Source: a virus. From it: 64,000 bases of DNA. The stretch is from positions 1-64,000 of IMG/VR virus record IMGVR_UViG_3300018055_000001, one strand, 5' to 3'. The position numbers and the translations under genes were made by a program. Below are positions 16,924-24,868 of the stretch, in pieces (position 1 is the first letter of the stretch; each line of letters opens with the position of its first letter). A model generated the notes under the pieces. It searched no databases. It saw only the letters and a list, made by a program, of their open reading frames with translations, and was not told where the DNA came from.

Positions 16924-18057
16924 ATGACGTACGACTCAGATAGTTGGGATGGCGAGCATGCTCTGCCAATCTTGTATTCACGCACGGCCACAGGGGCCGT
17001 CAACACGTGGGAGGTTTGGCTAGACAAAGGCGGCGGAGTTGTAGTGCGCTGGGGCCAGAAGGATGGAACCTTGCAAACGGCCACCTTCCAATGCGAGCGC
17101 AAGAACGTGGGTCGTGCCAATGCGACCACTGCGGTGGAGCAAGCTCGCCTCGAGGCCATCTCCAAGTGGAAAAAGCAGCTCAAGAAGAAGTACTACGAGA
17201 AGCTCGAGGACGCGGAAGGCCCGCGACTGCGGCCCATGCTGGCCCTCAAGTTCGATGACAAGAAGGCCAAGCTCAAGTACCCAGTGGCAGTGCAGCCCAA
17301 GTTCGACGGCGTGCGCTGCCTGGCATACAAGGACGGCCCCCATGTGGTGCTCTACAGCCGCGGAGGTGATCCCTACGATGTGGAGCACATTCGTGGCGCC
17401 CTCGAGGGACTGCTCGAAGATGGAGAGATGCTGGACGGTGAAATCTACATTCACGGCATGAGTTTGCAGAACATCATCTCTTTGGTGAAGCGCCCACAAG
17501 AGGGCAGCCTGCAGCTCACGTACAACGTCTACGACTTCGTTCATCTCGACATGTATGAGTCGCAAGCCTGGTCTGAGCGTGTGGTGAATCACGAGGCATG
17601 GTTCGATTACGCCAGTGTCAATGGCTTGCCAGGCTTCATCAAGAAAGTGCTCACGGTTCCCGCCAACAACGAGCTGGAAGTCAAGAAGCTTCACGATCAG
17701 TTCGTGATCGAAGGATACGAAGGCGCCATCGTGCGCGTGCCTTCTGGGACGTACCGCATTGGCTACCGCTCAGCAGATCTGCTGAAGGTGAAGTCCTTCG
17801 ATGATGGGGAGTTCATCATTGCCAGTTGGTCGGTAGGCAAAGGCAAGTTCGCTAATGTGCCCATTTTCAAGTGCAAAGTGAAGAACGGCAAAACGTTCGA
17901 CGTTGCCCCTCGAGGCACAGATGAGGTGCGTTCGGAGTTGCTGAGGAACGCTAAAGCAATGGTCGGCAAGCCCTACACGGTGAGGCACTTTGGCTTTACC
18001 GACGAGGGAGTGCCTCGGTTCCCAGTGGGTATTGGTTTGAGAGAGAAAGGTACATGA
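16924..18057 (+). CDS. ATP-dependent DNA ligase
   Basis: Motif I KFDGVRC, III LDGEIY, IV EGAIVR, V LLKVK. Confidence 0.9.
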   Translation: MTYDSDSWDGEHALPILYSRTATGAVNTWEVWLDKGGGVVVRWGQKDGTLQTATFQCERKNVGRANATTAVEQARLEAISKWKKQLKKKYYEKLEDAEGPRLRPMLALKFDDKKAKLKYPVAVQPKFDGVRCLAYKDGPHVVLYSRGGDPYDVEHIRGALEGLLEDGEMLDGEIYIHGMSLQNIISLVKRPQEGSLQLTYNVYDFVHLDMYESQAWSERVVNHEAWFDYASVNGLPGFIKKVLTVPANNELEVKKLHDQFVIEGYEGAIVRVPSGTYRIGYRSADLLKVKSFDDGEFIIASWSVGKGKFANVPIFKCKVKNGKTFDVAPRGTDEVRSELLRNAKAMVGKPYTVRHFGFTDEGVPRFPVGIGLREKGT

Positions 18058-18061
18058 CGCT

Positions 18062-18469
18062 ATGCAGGTAATTAGTTTTTCTCAGAAGGAAGGGTTTGCT
18101 GTCATCGAGGAGCCCACTCTGGATGTGGACGCAGATGTAAATGACGACGTAAGCGATGCTGAGTTCTACGGAAATCGGAAATTCACAAAGTACGATTGGG
18201 ATCCTAAGCTCGCTAGGGAAGACGTCACCCCCGTGATGACCTTCTACACACGCCAACTTGGGTTAGACTGTCCTTGGGAGTTCTTGGCTGTGCTGGAGGG
18301 GAACCTCGGTGACAGCATCATAGTGACTAAGAGCAAGGCGGAGGAACTGGCTCTGCGTATAGCTCTAGCCCCGTTATGTCAGTCGCAGCAATTAGACTCG
18401 CTGCTATCCGATGCAGCGGACCATGTGAAAGCCATAACTACGCAGATTCAATTACTGAATTTAGGGTGA
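18062..18469 (+). CDS. Hypothetical acidic protein
   Basis: 135-aa ORF. Confidence 0.55.
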   Translation: MQVISFSQKEGFAVIEEPTLDVDADVNDDVSDAEFYGNRKFTKYDWDPKLAREDVTPVMTFYTRQLGLDCPWEFLAVLEGNLGDSIIVTKSKAEELALRIALAPLCQSQQLDSLLSDAADHVKAITTQIQLLNLG

Positions 18470-19269
18470 CGGAGCAGCACTGTGTGGGCTGTATCTTCCA
18501 CTACCCAAAGAATCTACCTTGGACGTGCGAACTGGAGAAGCATCCAGATACCTGTGGCTCTGCCAGGCTTGAAGCCCCTATCCCCAGTGAGGTTGTAATG
18601 GATCAGTTAGAGATAGAGAGAATTCAATTCAGTGTCATCAACGAGAGCGTGAGACAGCTAGGACCGCAATACGTGGCTTTGTTCAAGAAACTTCTGCTAG
18701 AAGCCAATGAGGCCACCAAGTGGGGGAAATGGGCTATTGACACGCTGGTCGATCATGATGCCAAAAGCAAAGTTGATTGTGAGGCAGTACTGAACGTCAA
18801 CGACGAATTTGTTGCCGAAGAGGCGCGTACAGCGCTGAGCAAGTTCATGCGTGATTTAGTGAGGGCTACTGCCATCCTAGGGCCGAAAGAGCTGTCTAAA
18901 GTCGAGAAGAAATACATCGTGGATAAGCTGGGAGAAGTGTGCGGCGGAACTCCGTTGCAGGCCAATGCGGAATTCGCCAGTGGCTACCTGGGCTCTGTTG
19001 TAATCTCCATGCTGGAGAATTGGGGAATCATCAAAGAACAACTACGTGCTCCGACGGATAAGGCAGCTGACCCAGCACTGCAGTGGGTTGTTCGTGGCAG
19101 GGAAGAGATTCTCGTGGGCCCTGATGGGGAGGCCTTGGCCTACGTCCGTAAGACCAGGTCAAAGATTGAGAACTTCAACTATGCCGACGGGTACGTATCC
19201 GCCTCTACGGACATTGCTCAGGTCAAGAAAGAGCTGGAGGAGCGCCATGCCGAGGACAGCGGCGGCTGA
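18466..19269 (+). CDS. Hypothetical protein (GTG 18466 in GTGA overlap; alt ATG 18598)
   Basis: Distal part of ORF 18376..19269; Cys-rich N-terminus CVGCIFHYPKNLPWTCELEKHPDTC. Confidence 0.5.
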   Translation: MTEQHCVGCIFHYPKNLPWTCELEKHPDTCGSARLEAPIPSEVVMDQLEIERIQFSVINESVRQLGPQYVALFKKLLLEANEATKWGKWAIDTLVDHDAKSKVDCEAVLNVNDEFVAEEARTALSKFMRDLVRATAILGPKELSKVEKKYIVDKLGEVCGGTPLQANAEFASGYLGSVVISMLENWGIIKEQLRAPTDKAADPALQWVVRGREEILVGPDGEALAYVRKTRSKIENFNYADGYVSASTDIAQVKKELEERHAEDSGG

Positions 19270-19528
19270 CGACTTAGCCCTACTCAGGCAGATTGCTGAA
19301 GAGATTCGGTTGTACGGCTTCCCGCAGCTGCCCGGATCTCTTCGGTCATTTCTGAAAACCAAGTCTGCACGCGTCGTGGCCGATGCTCTCGAGCAAGTTG
19401 CCCGGCAAAACCTGGATAAGAAGAGTGAGGTGGAGCGTGCACGAGCTGCCGTGAGCTACCTCAGAGATGACATGCAGTTGACTACGGACGCCTTGCTGTC
19501 CGAAGAAGGCAGAAGGCAGCTTGGCTGA
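19247..19528 (+). CDS. Hypothetical small protein
   Basis: Internal ATG 19247 (MPRTAAADDLALLRQIAEE...). Confidence 0.5.
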   Translation: MPRTAAADDLALLRQIAEEIRLYGFPQLPGSLRSFLKTKSARVVADALEQVARQNLDKKSEVERARAAVSYLRDDMQLTTDALLSEEGRRQLG

Positions 19529-19793
19529 CGACAGCGTATTCATCACGATAACCAAGGCGCAGTTGGCGGAGCCACAAGTTCTCATCAGGGGAGATGGCAC
19601 CGTTTGGCTTCTGATTGCCCTCAACTGGTGGGACATTGCGACTGTGCTTTGGTGGTTTCTAACGCCCAGTGACAAACGGTCCAAGGTACGTATTCGCCTC
19701 GAGGGCGACATGAGCGTGCGCTGCCATGCTATCCGCGTGGCCAGGAAGCACTACACTACATCTGAGAAGCATTGGAGAAAGAATGGCAAATGA
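19521..19793 (+). CDS. Hypothetical membrane protein
   Basis: TTG start; hydrophobic WLLIALNWWDIATVLWWFL. Confidence 0.45.
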   Translation: MADDSVFITITKAQLAEPQVLIRGDGTVWLLIALNWWDIATVLWWFLTPSDKRSKVRIRLEGDMSVRCHAIRVARKHYTTSEKHWRKNGK

Positions 19794-20004
19794 AGCATCG
19801 GTGATTTCCCTCGAGGAGTACCAGCGCCGTGAGCGCGATCTAGAAGGGATGTGCGTTTCCTGTGGCTCAGCAGTTCCAAGTGTTGAAGTTGATGCTGAGG
19901 ACTATGATTGCCCATCATGCGACGAGCCACAAGTCCAAGGGGTAATGGCGGCACTCGACAATGGGCACATTCGAATCGAGGGAGCCGAGGGAGGATTCTC
20001 GTGA
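19783..20004 (+). CDS. Small zinc-ribbon protein
   Basis: CVSCG...CPSCD pairs; internal ATG 19783. Confidence 0.5.
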   Translation: MANEASVISLEEYQRRERDLEGMCVSCGSAVPSVEVDAEDYDCPSCDEPQVQGVMAALDNGHIRIEGAEGGFS

Positions 20005-20234
20005 ACAATAAGGCTGAAAAAGGCGGTAAAGTTGCCATGTCTATCGAGGCCAGAGCTCTGCTACAGGTGGCTGAGATACTCGATGGCATGACCAAGGAGC
20101 AGGCCCACAAGGTGCTGGCGATGACCTGCATCATCTTCGAGAAGTACGACGAGGCTATCGCCACTGTGCAGTTTTTGATGGACGGGCAGACGGACACACA
20201 GCTGGATCCGCCTCTTTCTGGAGATGACGCGTGA
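20001..20234 (+). CDS. Hypothetical small protein (GTG; alt ATG 20037)
   Basis: GTGA overlap with upstream stop. Confidence 0.45.
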   Translation: MNNKAEKGGKVAMSIEARALLQVAEILDGMTKEQAHKVLAMTCIIFEKYDEAIATVQFLMDGQTDTQLDPPLSGDDA

Positions 20235-20449
20235 CCATCCCGGATGGCTGCTCTTGCGTACTTTGCAAGCACAGCAGCCATACTTCTGTGCCGCGGCGTA
20301 TGCGACCATCTGGCGAAGCCCTTTGTCTGCAAACTCCTTTGTGTGGTTTCGAGCTAGATCCAGCGATGGTTGAACAGACCAAGAAGTTTATGGAGAAAGA
20401 TCCACTCAAGGACGTCGTACCCGTGCAGAGTTGGGACAAAGGCAAGTGA
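20231..20449 (+). CDS. Hypothetical small Cys-containing protein
   Basis: GTG start, GTGA overlap. Confidence 0.45.
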   Translation: MTIPDGCSCVLCKHSSHTSVPRRMRPSGEALCLQTPLCGFELDPAMVEQTKKFMEKDPLKDVVPVQSWDKGK

Positions 20450-20634
20450 CCTTCGATGATTACGTCAAGTACCGGCTTCTGGAGAGCGCTTATGGGCTTG
20501 GTTTCTGGGCGCTGGTATTTGGCATCATCGGAATTGTTTGGTTCGTAAAGGCTATGCGGGATGCGCACCGCAATCACAAGAACTTCGAGCGCGTGTACAA
20601 GAGCATCATGAAAGGTGAGGACGACGATGGTTGA
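20446..20634 (+). CDS. Small single-pass membrane protein
   Basis: GTGA overlap; TM GLGFWALVFGIIGIVWFV. Confidence 0.5.
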   Translation: MTFDDYVKYRLLESAYGLGFWALVFGIIGIVWFVKAMRDAHRNHKNFERVYKSIMKGEDDDG

Positions 20635-21046
20635 ACGATACAGGCATGGAGATCCCATGCCCAAAGATCCGTGGATTATTCGGCAGTTACTCAAGCATCA
20701 GATACGTAGTGCAGGTGCGTTGATAATCTTTACCGGCGTAGTTGTTACCGTAGCCACCAGTGCTGCACAAGCCATCGTGAATCATGGCAATGCGAAACTG
20801 CAGGCACAACTTGTTCGTTGCATGAAGCCCAAGGCAGCTAAGATATCTGCGGAGATGCACGACAACGGTTTCAACCCCGATGCGGCTATGCCATGGTCCA
20901 ATAGGAAAGCCGCTGTCTCTTGCTGCATCAAGATGGGCAGGATTCCAGTTGAATCGGCGGGTGCGCTGGAAGTGCTTTGCCTCTCCCCCGACGTCACCCC
21001 TGTCATGTACAAGAGCAACTACATATCGATGGATGACGAGCTATGA
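20627..21046 (+). CDS. Membrane protein
   Basis: ATG 20627; TM AGALIIFTGVVVTVATSAAQAIV. Confidence 0.55.
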   Translation: MVERYRHGDPMPKDPWIIRQLLKHQIRSAGALIIFTGVVVTVATSAAQAIVNHGNAKLQAQLVRCMKPKAAKISAEMHDNGFNPDAAMPWSNRKAAVSCCIKMGRIPVESAGALEVLCLSPDVTPVMYKSNYISMDDEL

Positions 21047-21147
21047 AGTTAGCTCTGAAGTTAGCTCTGAGCGTTTTGTTGCTGGTGGTCTGTGTGGCAG
21101 TAGAAACTTTCTGCGTGGTATCTCTCATTACAACTGCTACGCGGTGA
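21043..21147 (+). CDS. 34-aa hydrophobic peptide
   Basis: Own translation MKLALKLALSVLLLVVCVAVETFCVVSLITTATR*; ATGA overlap. Confidence 0.35.
   Translation: MKLALKLALSVLLLVVCVAVETFCVVSLITTATR
21045..21068 (+). repeat. Perfect 2 x 12-bp tandem duplication GAAGTTAGCTCT
   Basis: Read directly; encodes KLAL-KLAL at the N-terminus of the 34-aa peptide. Confidence 0.9.
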
Positions 21148-21297
21148 GACCAGTGCAGTCATACCCGGTTGATCACGGCATACTTCCGACTGATAGCCAG
21201 GACTAGTTATAGTAGTAAACGCCCACGGACTTTTTGCTATGTTACATCAAGTCAGTGGGCGCTCGAGGCTTCTATGTGTTCTTCGCGCTTAGGTCTT

Positions 21298-21903
21298 TTA
21301 TGAGCAACCTGCCGCTATGAGAATGCTAGCCCAGGCTTCCGTTTGCACCCTACCCCAGAATGAGCTATTGGCCCAATCGAAGAAGGAACCGTCCGTGCAC
21401 GCTATTTCGCATTCGTGATCTGCAGCTATTGCGAATGCTTCGGCGTATCCACCGGCGCACACGTCAACTAGGACTGTTGCTACACATCCGGTACATCCTT
21501 TGACTGCTACGACGGCCAATGCGCACGCAGTGGCTTCTGCCTCTGCCCAAGCCCAAGCTACAGCGTCTGCGCAGGCTGTTGCACAAGCGACGGGGCAAAT
21601 TGGTCCAGTACTGGTAGAACTGCTGCCACCAGTGGAGCTGTTTCCGCCATTGCAGCTACAGCCACCGGTAGAGTTGGAGCCACCAGCAGGGCTGATGCCA
21701 CCGGAGGCGCTGGCTCCACCTCCACTAGTTTTTCCGCCTCCGGCACTAGTTTTTCCGCTACCGCCACCGCCGGCACTGGCAGCTCCTCCACTGCCGCTAA
21801 AAAGTGCATAAACAGCAGGGGTAAGTGTCACTTGGTCTTTAGCTTGATCGGAGCACCCAGACATCAGGCAAAAAACAGCTATTGATGAAAATACATGTTT
21901 CAT
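21298..21903 (-). CDS. Lipoprotein with G/S-rich linker and Cys/Ala-rich C-terminal domain
   Basis: Signal + lipobox MKHVFSSIAVFCLMSGC; GGGSGKTSAGGGKTSGGG repeats; 201 aa. Confidence 0.7.
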   Translation of the reverse strand: MKHVFSSIAVFCLMSGCSDQAKDQVTLTPAVYALFSGSGGAASAGGGGSGKTSAGGGKTSGGGASASGGISPAGGSNSTGGCSCNGGNSSTGGSSSTSTGPICPVACATACADAVAWAWAEAEATACALAVVAVKGCTGCVATVLVDVCAGGYAEAFAIAADHECEIACTDGSFFDWANSSFWGRVQTEAWASILIAAGCS

Positions 21904-21945
21904 ATGTTTCTACTCTCCACAGGCAGTCTATCATGGAAGGTAAGA

Positions 21946-22144
21946 ATGACGATAAGATATAGACTTCAATTTCATGGCCGCACAAAGGGGCTATCGGGAT
22001 CTTCTACGACACTAGTTGCACAGTGACCGCCGATAATGAGGCTGAAGCTTTGGAGCGCCTTTACGATACCCACGAGCGAGGTTTTGGTGGGCGTTGGGGT
22101 GCTTCAATCAAAGTAACCATGCTGGGAGAAGACGATGAGCCTTG
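21946..22144 (+). pseudogene. Small gene readable only with a -1 shift at A_AAG_GGG (21984-21990)
   Basis: 0-frame ATG 21946 stops after 26 codons; -1 frame continues AIGIFYDTSCTVTADNEAEALERLYDTHERGFGGRWGASIKVTMLGEDDEP* to 22144. Confidence 0.35.
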
Positions 22145-22545
22145 AAAAATCCACTGCCTACGAGCGCGCGCTTGCGAGATCTAGGGAGGAAGTGAAGAGG
22201 AAACGGGAACTCGAGCGCCGCAGGGACATTGCGCAGCGTGCGGTTAGCGTGACCGACTACCTGTGCATTCACGGGTTCCTGCCTGACCTGCAAACACGGA
22301 TGATGGCTGCCCGTGTGATGAAGTACATGGTCAAGTACGGGTTAGGCCTGGTGGACAAGGGTTTCAAAGATTACTTGGTCTTGCTGCCAAAGGCGCGTGT
22401 GCACAAGAAGTGGAGAGTCATCCTCGCACCATGGACGGAGGCTGCAGATGAGCAAGCTGGGATACCGTCGAGTAGGAAAGCCAGAGCTGGTTCCGGACGG
22501 AAACAACGAGCTGCAACTTCAACCCGTCGTACTCGACAGCGGTGA
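22135..22545 (+). CDS. Hypothetical basic protein
   Basis: 136-aa ORF. Confidence 0.6.
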   Translation: MSLEKSTAYERALARSREEVKRKRELERRRDIAQRAVSVTDYLCIHGFLPDLQTRMMAARVMKYMVKYGLGLVDKGFKDYLVLLPKARVHKKWRVILAPWTEAADEQAGIPSSRKARAGSGRKQRAATSTRRTRQR

Positions 22546-22741
22546 TGTAAAGATTCAGTGGGGCGCGGTGTCGACGTTCAGCCCCACATTTCTGCACTGG
22601 CAGAGGTATAAGAGATGTAAGAAGAGCTTCGAGACAGCTCGAGAGGCTCGTGAGTTCATTCGCAGTTTTGCTCGGGCGGAGCAAGAAAGGGTCACCAATG
22701 CCAACGATATCAGTCAGCACGGAGGATCCGGGACTTCGTGA
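22448..22741 (+). CDS. Hypothetical protein
   Basis: GGAGG SD 7 nt before ATG 22448. Confidence 0.55.
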   Translation: MSKLGYRRVGKPELVPDGNNELQLQPVVLDSGDVKIQWGAVSTFSPTFLHWQRYKRCKKSFETAREAREFIRSFARAEQERVTNANDISQHGGSGTS

Positions 22742-23120
22742 GGAAATACATCAACTCTTGATTGTGGCCGAACAGGGAGGCCTAAGTCCGGAGACAGTGA
22801 CTACAAAGGTTCTCAATCTCTTGGTGACGTATGCCCACCTGAATCAAGGTGAGCTCACAGCGGATGAAGTCACTTACTACACCAATTCACTCATCGAGTG
22901 GATCTCATCTACAATCAAGAGCGGAAATCCGCAAAGCATTGACGCAATTTCCAGTCTTTGGGATGGTGAATCATGGGACAGCATTCAGGAAAAGCTCCTG
23001 ACAGAGGCCGGTGTTTGGCACGTATGGTGGATGGACGGAGTCCGCAAGTACATAGCAATCGACAAGGGCTGGCTGCCGGATTCTACGGAGGGTATGGTTC
23101 AAAAGACCTTATCCAATTGA
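22698..23120 (+). CDS. Hypothetical protein
   Basis: Internal ATG 22698 (MPTISVSTEDPGL...). Confidence 0.55.
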   Translation: MPTISVSTEDPGLREEIHQLLIVAEQGGLSPETVTTKVLNLLVTYAHLNQGELTADEVTYYTNSLIEWISSTIKSGNPQSIDAISSLWDGESWDSIQEKLLTEAGVWHVWWMDGVRKYIAIDKGWLPDSTEGMVQKTLSN

Positions 23121-23347
23121 CAGAGCTTGCGGTTCGTAACAGGCTCCCTCCCTATGCCAACGAAGACGACATGTATGCCGCGCTTGACAGGTGCGGCATG
23201 TCTGTCTCCGAGATCTTTGACGAGCTCGACAGGCGTGTCCCTTCTGGGCAGCCTGACGGTGTTATGGTCCATGTGATTCAGCGCATGTTGTTCGAGAGAT
23301 TTGACCAGCGGCTCCTCGAGGAGACTGCTCACAAGGTGCCGCTGTGA
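23117..23347 (+). CDS. Hypothetical small protein (TTG in TTGA overlap; alt ATG 23171)
   Basis: Distal part of ORF 22973..23347. Confidence 0.45.
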   Translation: MTELAVRNRLPPYANEDDMYAALDRCGMSVSEIFDELDRRVPSGQPDGVMVHVIQRMLFERFDQRLLEETAHKVPL

Positions 23348-23559
23348 GCGTGTACGCCGAGGAGGCCATCAAGGTCGTGCTTGAGTGCGCTGCCACAATC
23401 GAGCAACGTGGGCAAAGCCTGATGATCATTCGTGACGTGCAGGCCAATGAAGTCGGTGAATGGTTGAAACATATCGCAACCGAAATGAAGGCTGCATGTG
23501 AGCCGGAGGAAGGAGGCGACACGTGTCCAACTACACCCACGGCTCCCGAACCCGGGTAA
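23344..23559 (+). CDS. Hypothetical small protein
   Basis: GTG start overlapping upstream stop. Confidence 0.5.
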   Translation: MSVYAEEAIKVVLECAATIEQRGQSLMIIRDVQANEVGEWLKHIATEMKAACEPEEGGDTCPTTPTAPEPG

Positions 23560-23855
23560 TGGCCAAAGAGGTAGTGGCGGGAATGTCTATCCGCGACCCA
23601 TCGCATGATGGCCTTGGTAGCATGCCCGCCACCGTCCTAGTCATCTCTACCAAGTATGAGGAGACTACAAGAATTTTGCAGGGGCCCAACGACAAGCAGG
23701 TGCTGTTGGAAGAGAACGCATTCGAGATGCTTCTCATGGAGAATCCAACCACATGGCAGTGTCATGTCTGTCGCATCAGTCCTGACACCCTCGTAAGTTT
23801 GGCATCTCCCGAGTTTGTGATGCCACCATCCTCAAGGAAAGCTGAAGAACCGTGA
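23559..23855 (+). CDS. Hypothetical protein
   Basis: TAATG overlap; MAKEVVAGMSIRD... Confidence 0.5.
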   Translation: MAKEVVAGMSIRDPSHDGLGSMPATVLVISTKYEETTRILQGPNDKQVLLEENAFEMLLMENPTTWQCHVCRISPDTLVSLASPEFVMPPSSRKAEEP

Positions 23856-24175
23856 GCTGTACCAGGCTAGCCACGGGTTGTACCTGCGATAACTGCCAGC
23901 GCGGTGAAGATCAAGTTGAGATTCATCACAAGTGCGAAGAGTGCTTGGCCGATGAGGCGTTGGCAGCTTCCAGGGTCGGTGTGGTTGAAGTGCCACCCTC
24001 CCTGGATAAAGTCTGGGACTTGCTCCTCGAGGTTCAATCTGATCCGGCGGAGGTGGCGCACATACTAGAATGCCATCTGGACCAGCTGCCGGAGTATTTC
24101 ATGAGGGCCATGGCTACAATAGAGCTTTCGAAGGATTTGATCGGAGCGGCATACCCTTGCAAGGAGCCAGGCTGA
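23852..24175 (+). CDS. Hypothetical Cys-rich protein
   Basis: CTRLATGCTCDNCQ...HHKCEEC; GTGA overlap. Confidence 0.5.
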   Translation: MSCTRLATGCTCDNCQRGEDQVEIHHKCEECLADEALAASRVGVVEVPPSLDKVWDLLLEVQSDPAEVAHILECHLDQLPEYFMRAMATIELSKDLIGAAYPCKEPG

Positions 24176-24285
24176 TGGTGGTTGTAATCGACACTATTCT
24201 CAACATGGTCAAGGAGATCTTGTCCTGTCTCGCGGTGGCCATCATTTTCTTGGCATGCGTTGCCGGGTGGACAATGCGGGGCTAA
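24175..24285 (+). CDS. 36-aa membrane peptide
   Basis: MVVVIDTILNMVKEILSCLAVAIIFLACVAGWTMRG*; TGATG overlap. Confidence 0.4.
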   Translation: MVVVIDTILNMVKEILSCLAVAIIFLACVAGWTMRG

Positions 24286-24288
24286 GAA

Positions 24289-24318
24289 AAGGCGCGTCCC
24301 TGGTATGGGGTGCGCCTT
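24289..24318. terminator. Hairpin between convergent genes
   Basis: AAGGCGC-16 nt-GCGCCTT with A-run before and T-rich tract after. Confidence 0.55.
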
Positions 24319-24327
24319 CTCTTGTAC

Positions 24328-24603
24328 TTACACGACCACTTTGAGCCGAGGCAGTTCAGCTAACATGGACTCGTAGACCAAGTGGGCACGCATAATTTTT
24401 AGCTCCTCGATGAGCTTGTCGATGGCTTCAATGTCCATCAAGCTGTGTGCTCTGCGAAGCTGCATGTCCACTACCGTAACGCCAGCTCTACCGTTGTTGT
24501 AGGAGGCAGATACTGTTCCGCGCTCGGATTCAATTGCCGTGCGTATCGTAGCGCTTTCCTCTAGTTGTTCCCTGTAGACCCTGGCTTGATGAGTTTCCTT
24601 CAT
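24328..24603 (-). CDS. Hypothetical protein
   Basis: 91-aa ORF. Confidence 0.5.
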   Translation of the reverse strand: MKETHQARVYREQLEESATIRTAIESERGTVSASYNNGRAGVTVVDMQLRRAHSLMDIEAIDKLIEELKIMRAHLVYESMLAELPRLKVVV

Positions 24604-24805
24604 GCTGTTCCCCTAGTGGCCGATACCCTGGTTGGATGAACTTTGACGTTTCGAATGCGGTGATGAGTTGTTGCTGGGCAAAGGGGCTGAGAGCTCGCCA
24701 CCATTCGATGGCATCCTCAAAGCTTACACTGAACCCGGCCAATCTCTGCAAATACATGAGCATGTCAACTGCTCGTAGTTCGGTAGGCGTGATGTTCCCG
24801 ATCAT
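24530..24805 (-). CDS. Hypothetical protein
   Basis: GAAGGAGG SD 6 nt before ATG 24805; 74-nt overlap with next gene. Confidence 0.6.
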   Translation of the reverse strand: MIGNITPTELRAVDMLMYLQRLAGFSVSFEDAIEWWRALSPFAQQQLITAFETSKFIQPGYRPLGEQHEGNSSSQGLQGTTRGKRYDTHGN

Positions 24806-24825
24806 GCTGTACCTCCTTCTATCCT

Positions 24826-24841
24826 TCTTATCCCCGATTTT
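24826..24841 (-). promoter_or_regulatory. Class-2 promoter-like motif (minus strand reads AAAATCGGGGATAAGA)
   Basis: Followed on minus strand by AGGATA-GAAGGAGG-tacagc-ATG 24805. Confidence 0.5.
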
Positions 24842-24859
24842 GCGCGAGGATTTCGAATC

Positions 24860-24868
24860 TGCTAAGCT
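24860..24868 (+). promoter_or_regulatory. Class-1 extended -10 box TGCTAAGCT
   Basis: 14 nt upstream of ATG 24883, no SD between. Confidence 0.5.

Noticed and set aside
16895-16926. TACAAT box 3 nt before the ligase ATG as a promoter
   Set aside because: It is too close to the start codon to give a translatable transcript. The ligase is more simply read through from the sigma gene 24 nt upstream.
17020-17694. 224-aa minus-strand ORF
   Set aside because: It lies entirely antisense to the DNA ligase gene, whose motifs I-V are unambiguous.
19751-20694. Two long minus-strand ORFs (193 aa and 179 aa)
   Set aside because: They are antisense to a chain of plus-strand genes linked by GTGA/ATGA overlaps. 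Their products look like composition-driven sequence.
21500-21811. 103-aa plus-strand and 83-aa minus-strand alternative ORFs inside the lipoprotein gene
   Set aside because: The DNA is low-complexity and GC-rich and is open in several frames. Only the 21298-21903 frame has a start, a signal peptide and a lipobox.
21904-21960. A GATAAGA word at 21950 as another class-2 promoter copy
   Set aside because: It lacks the CGGG prefix and the SD spacing. It lies inside the candidate frameshifted ORF rather than upstream of a gene.
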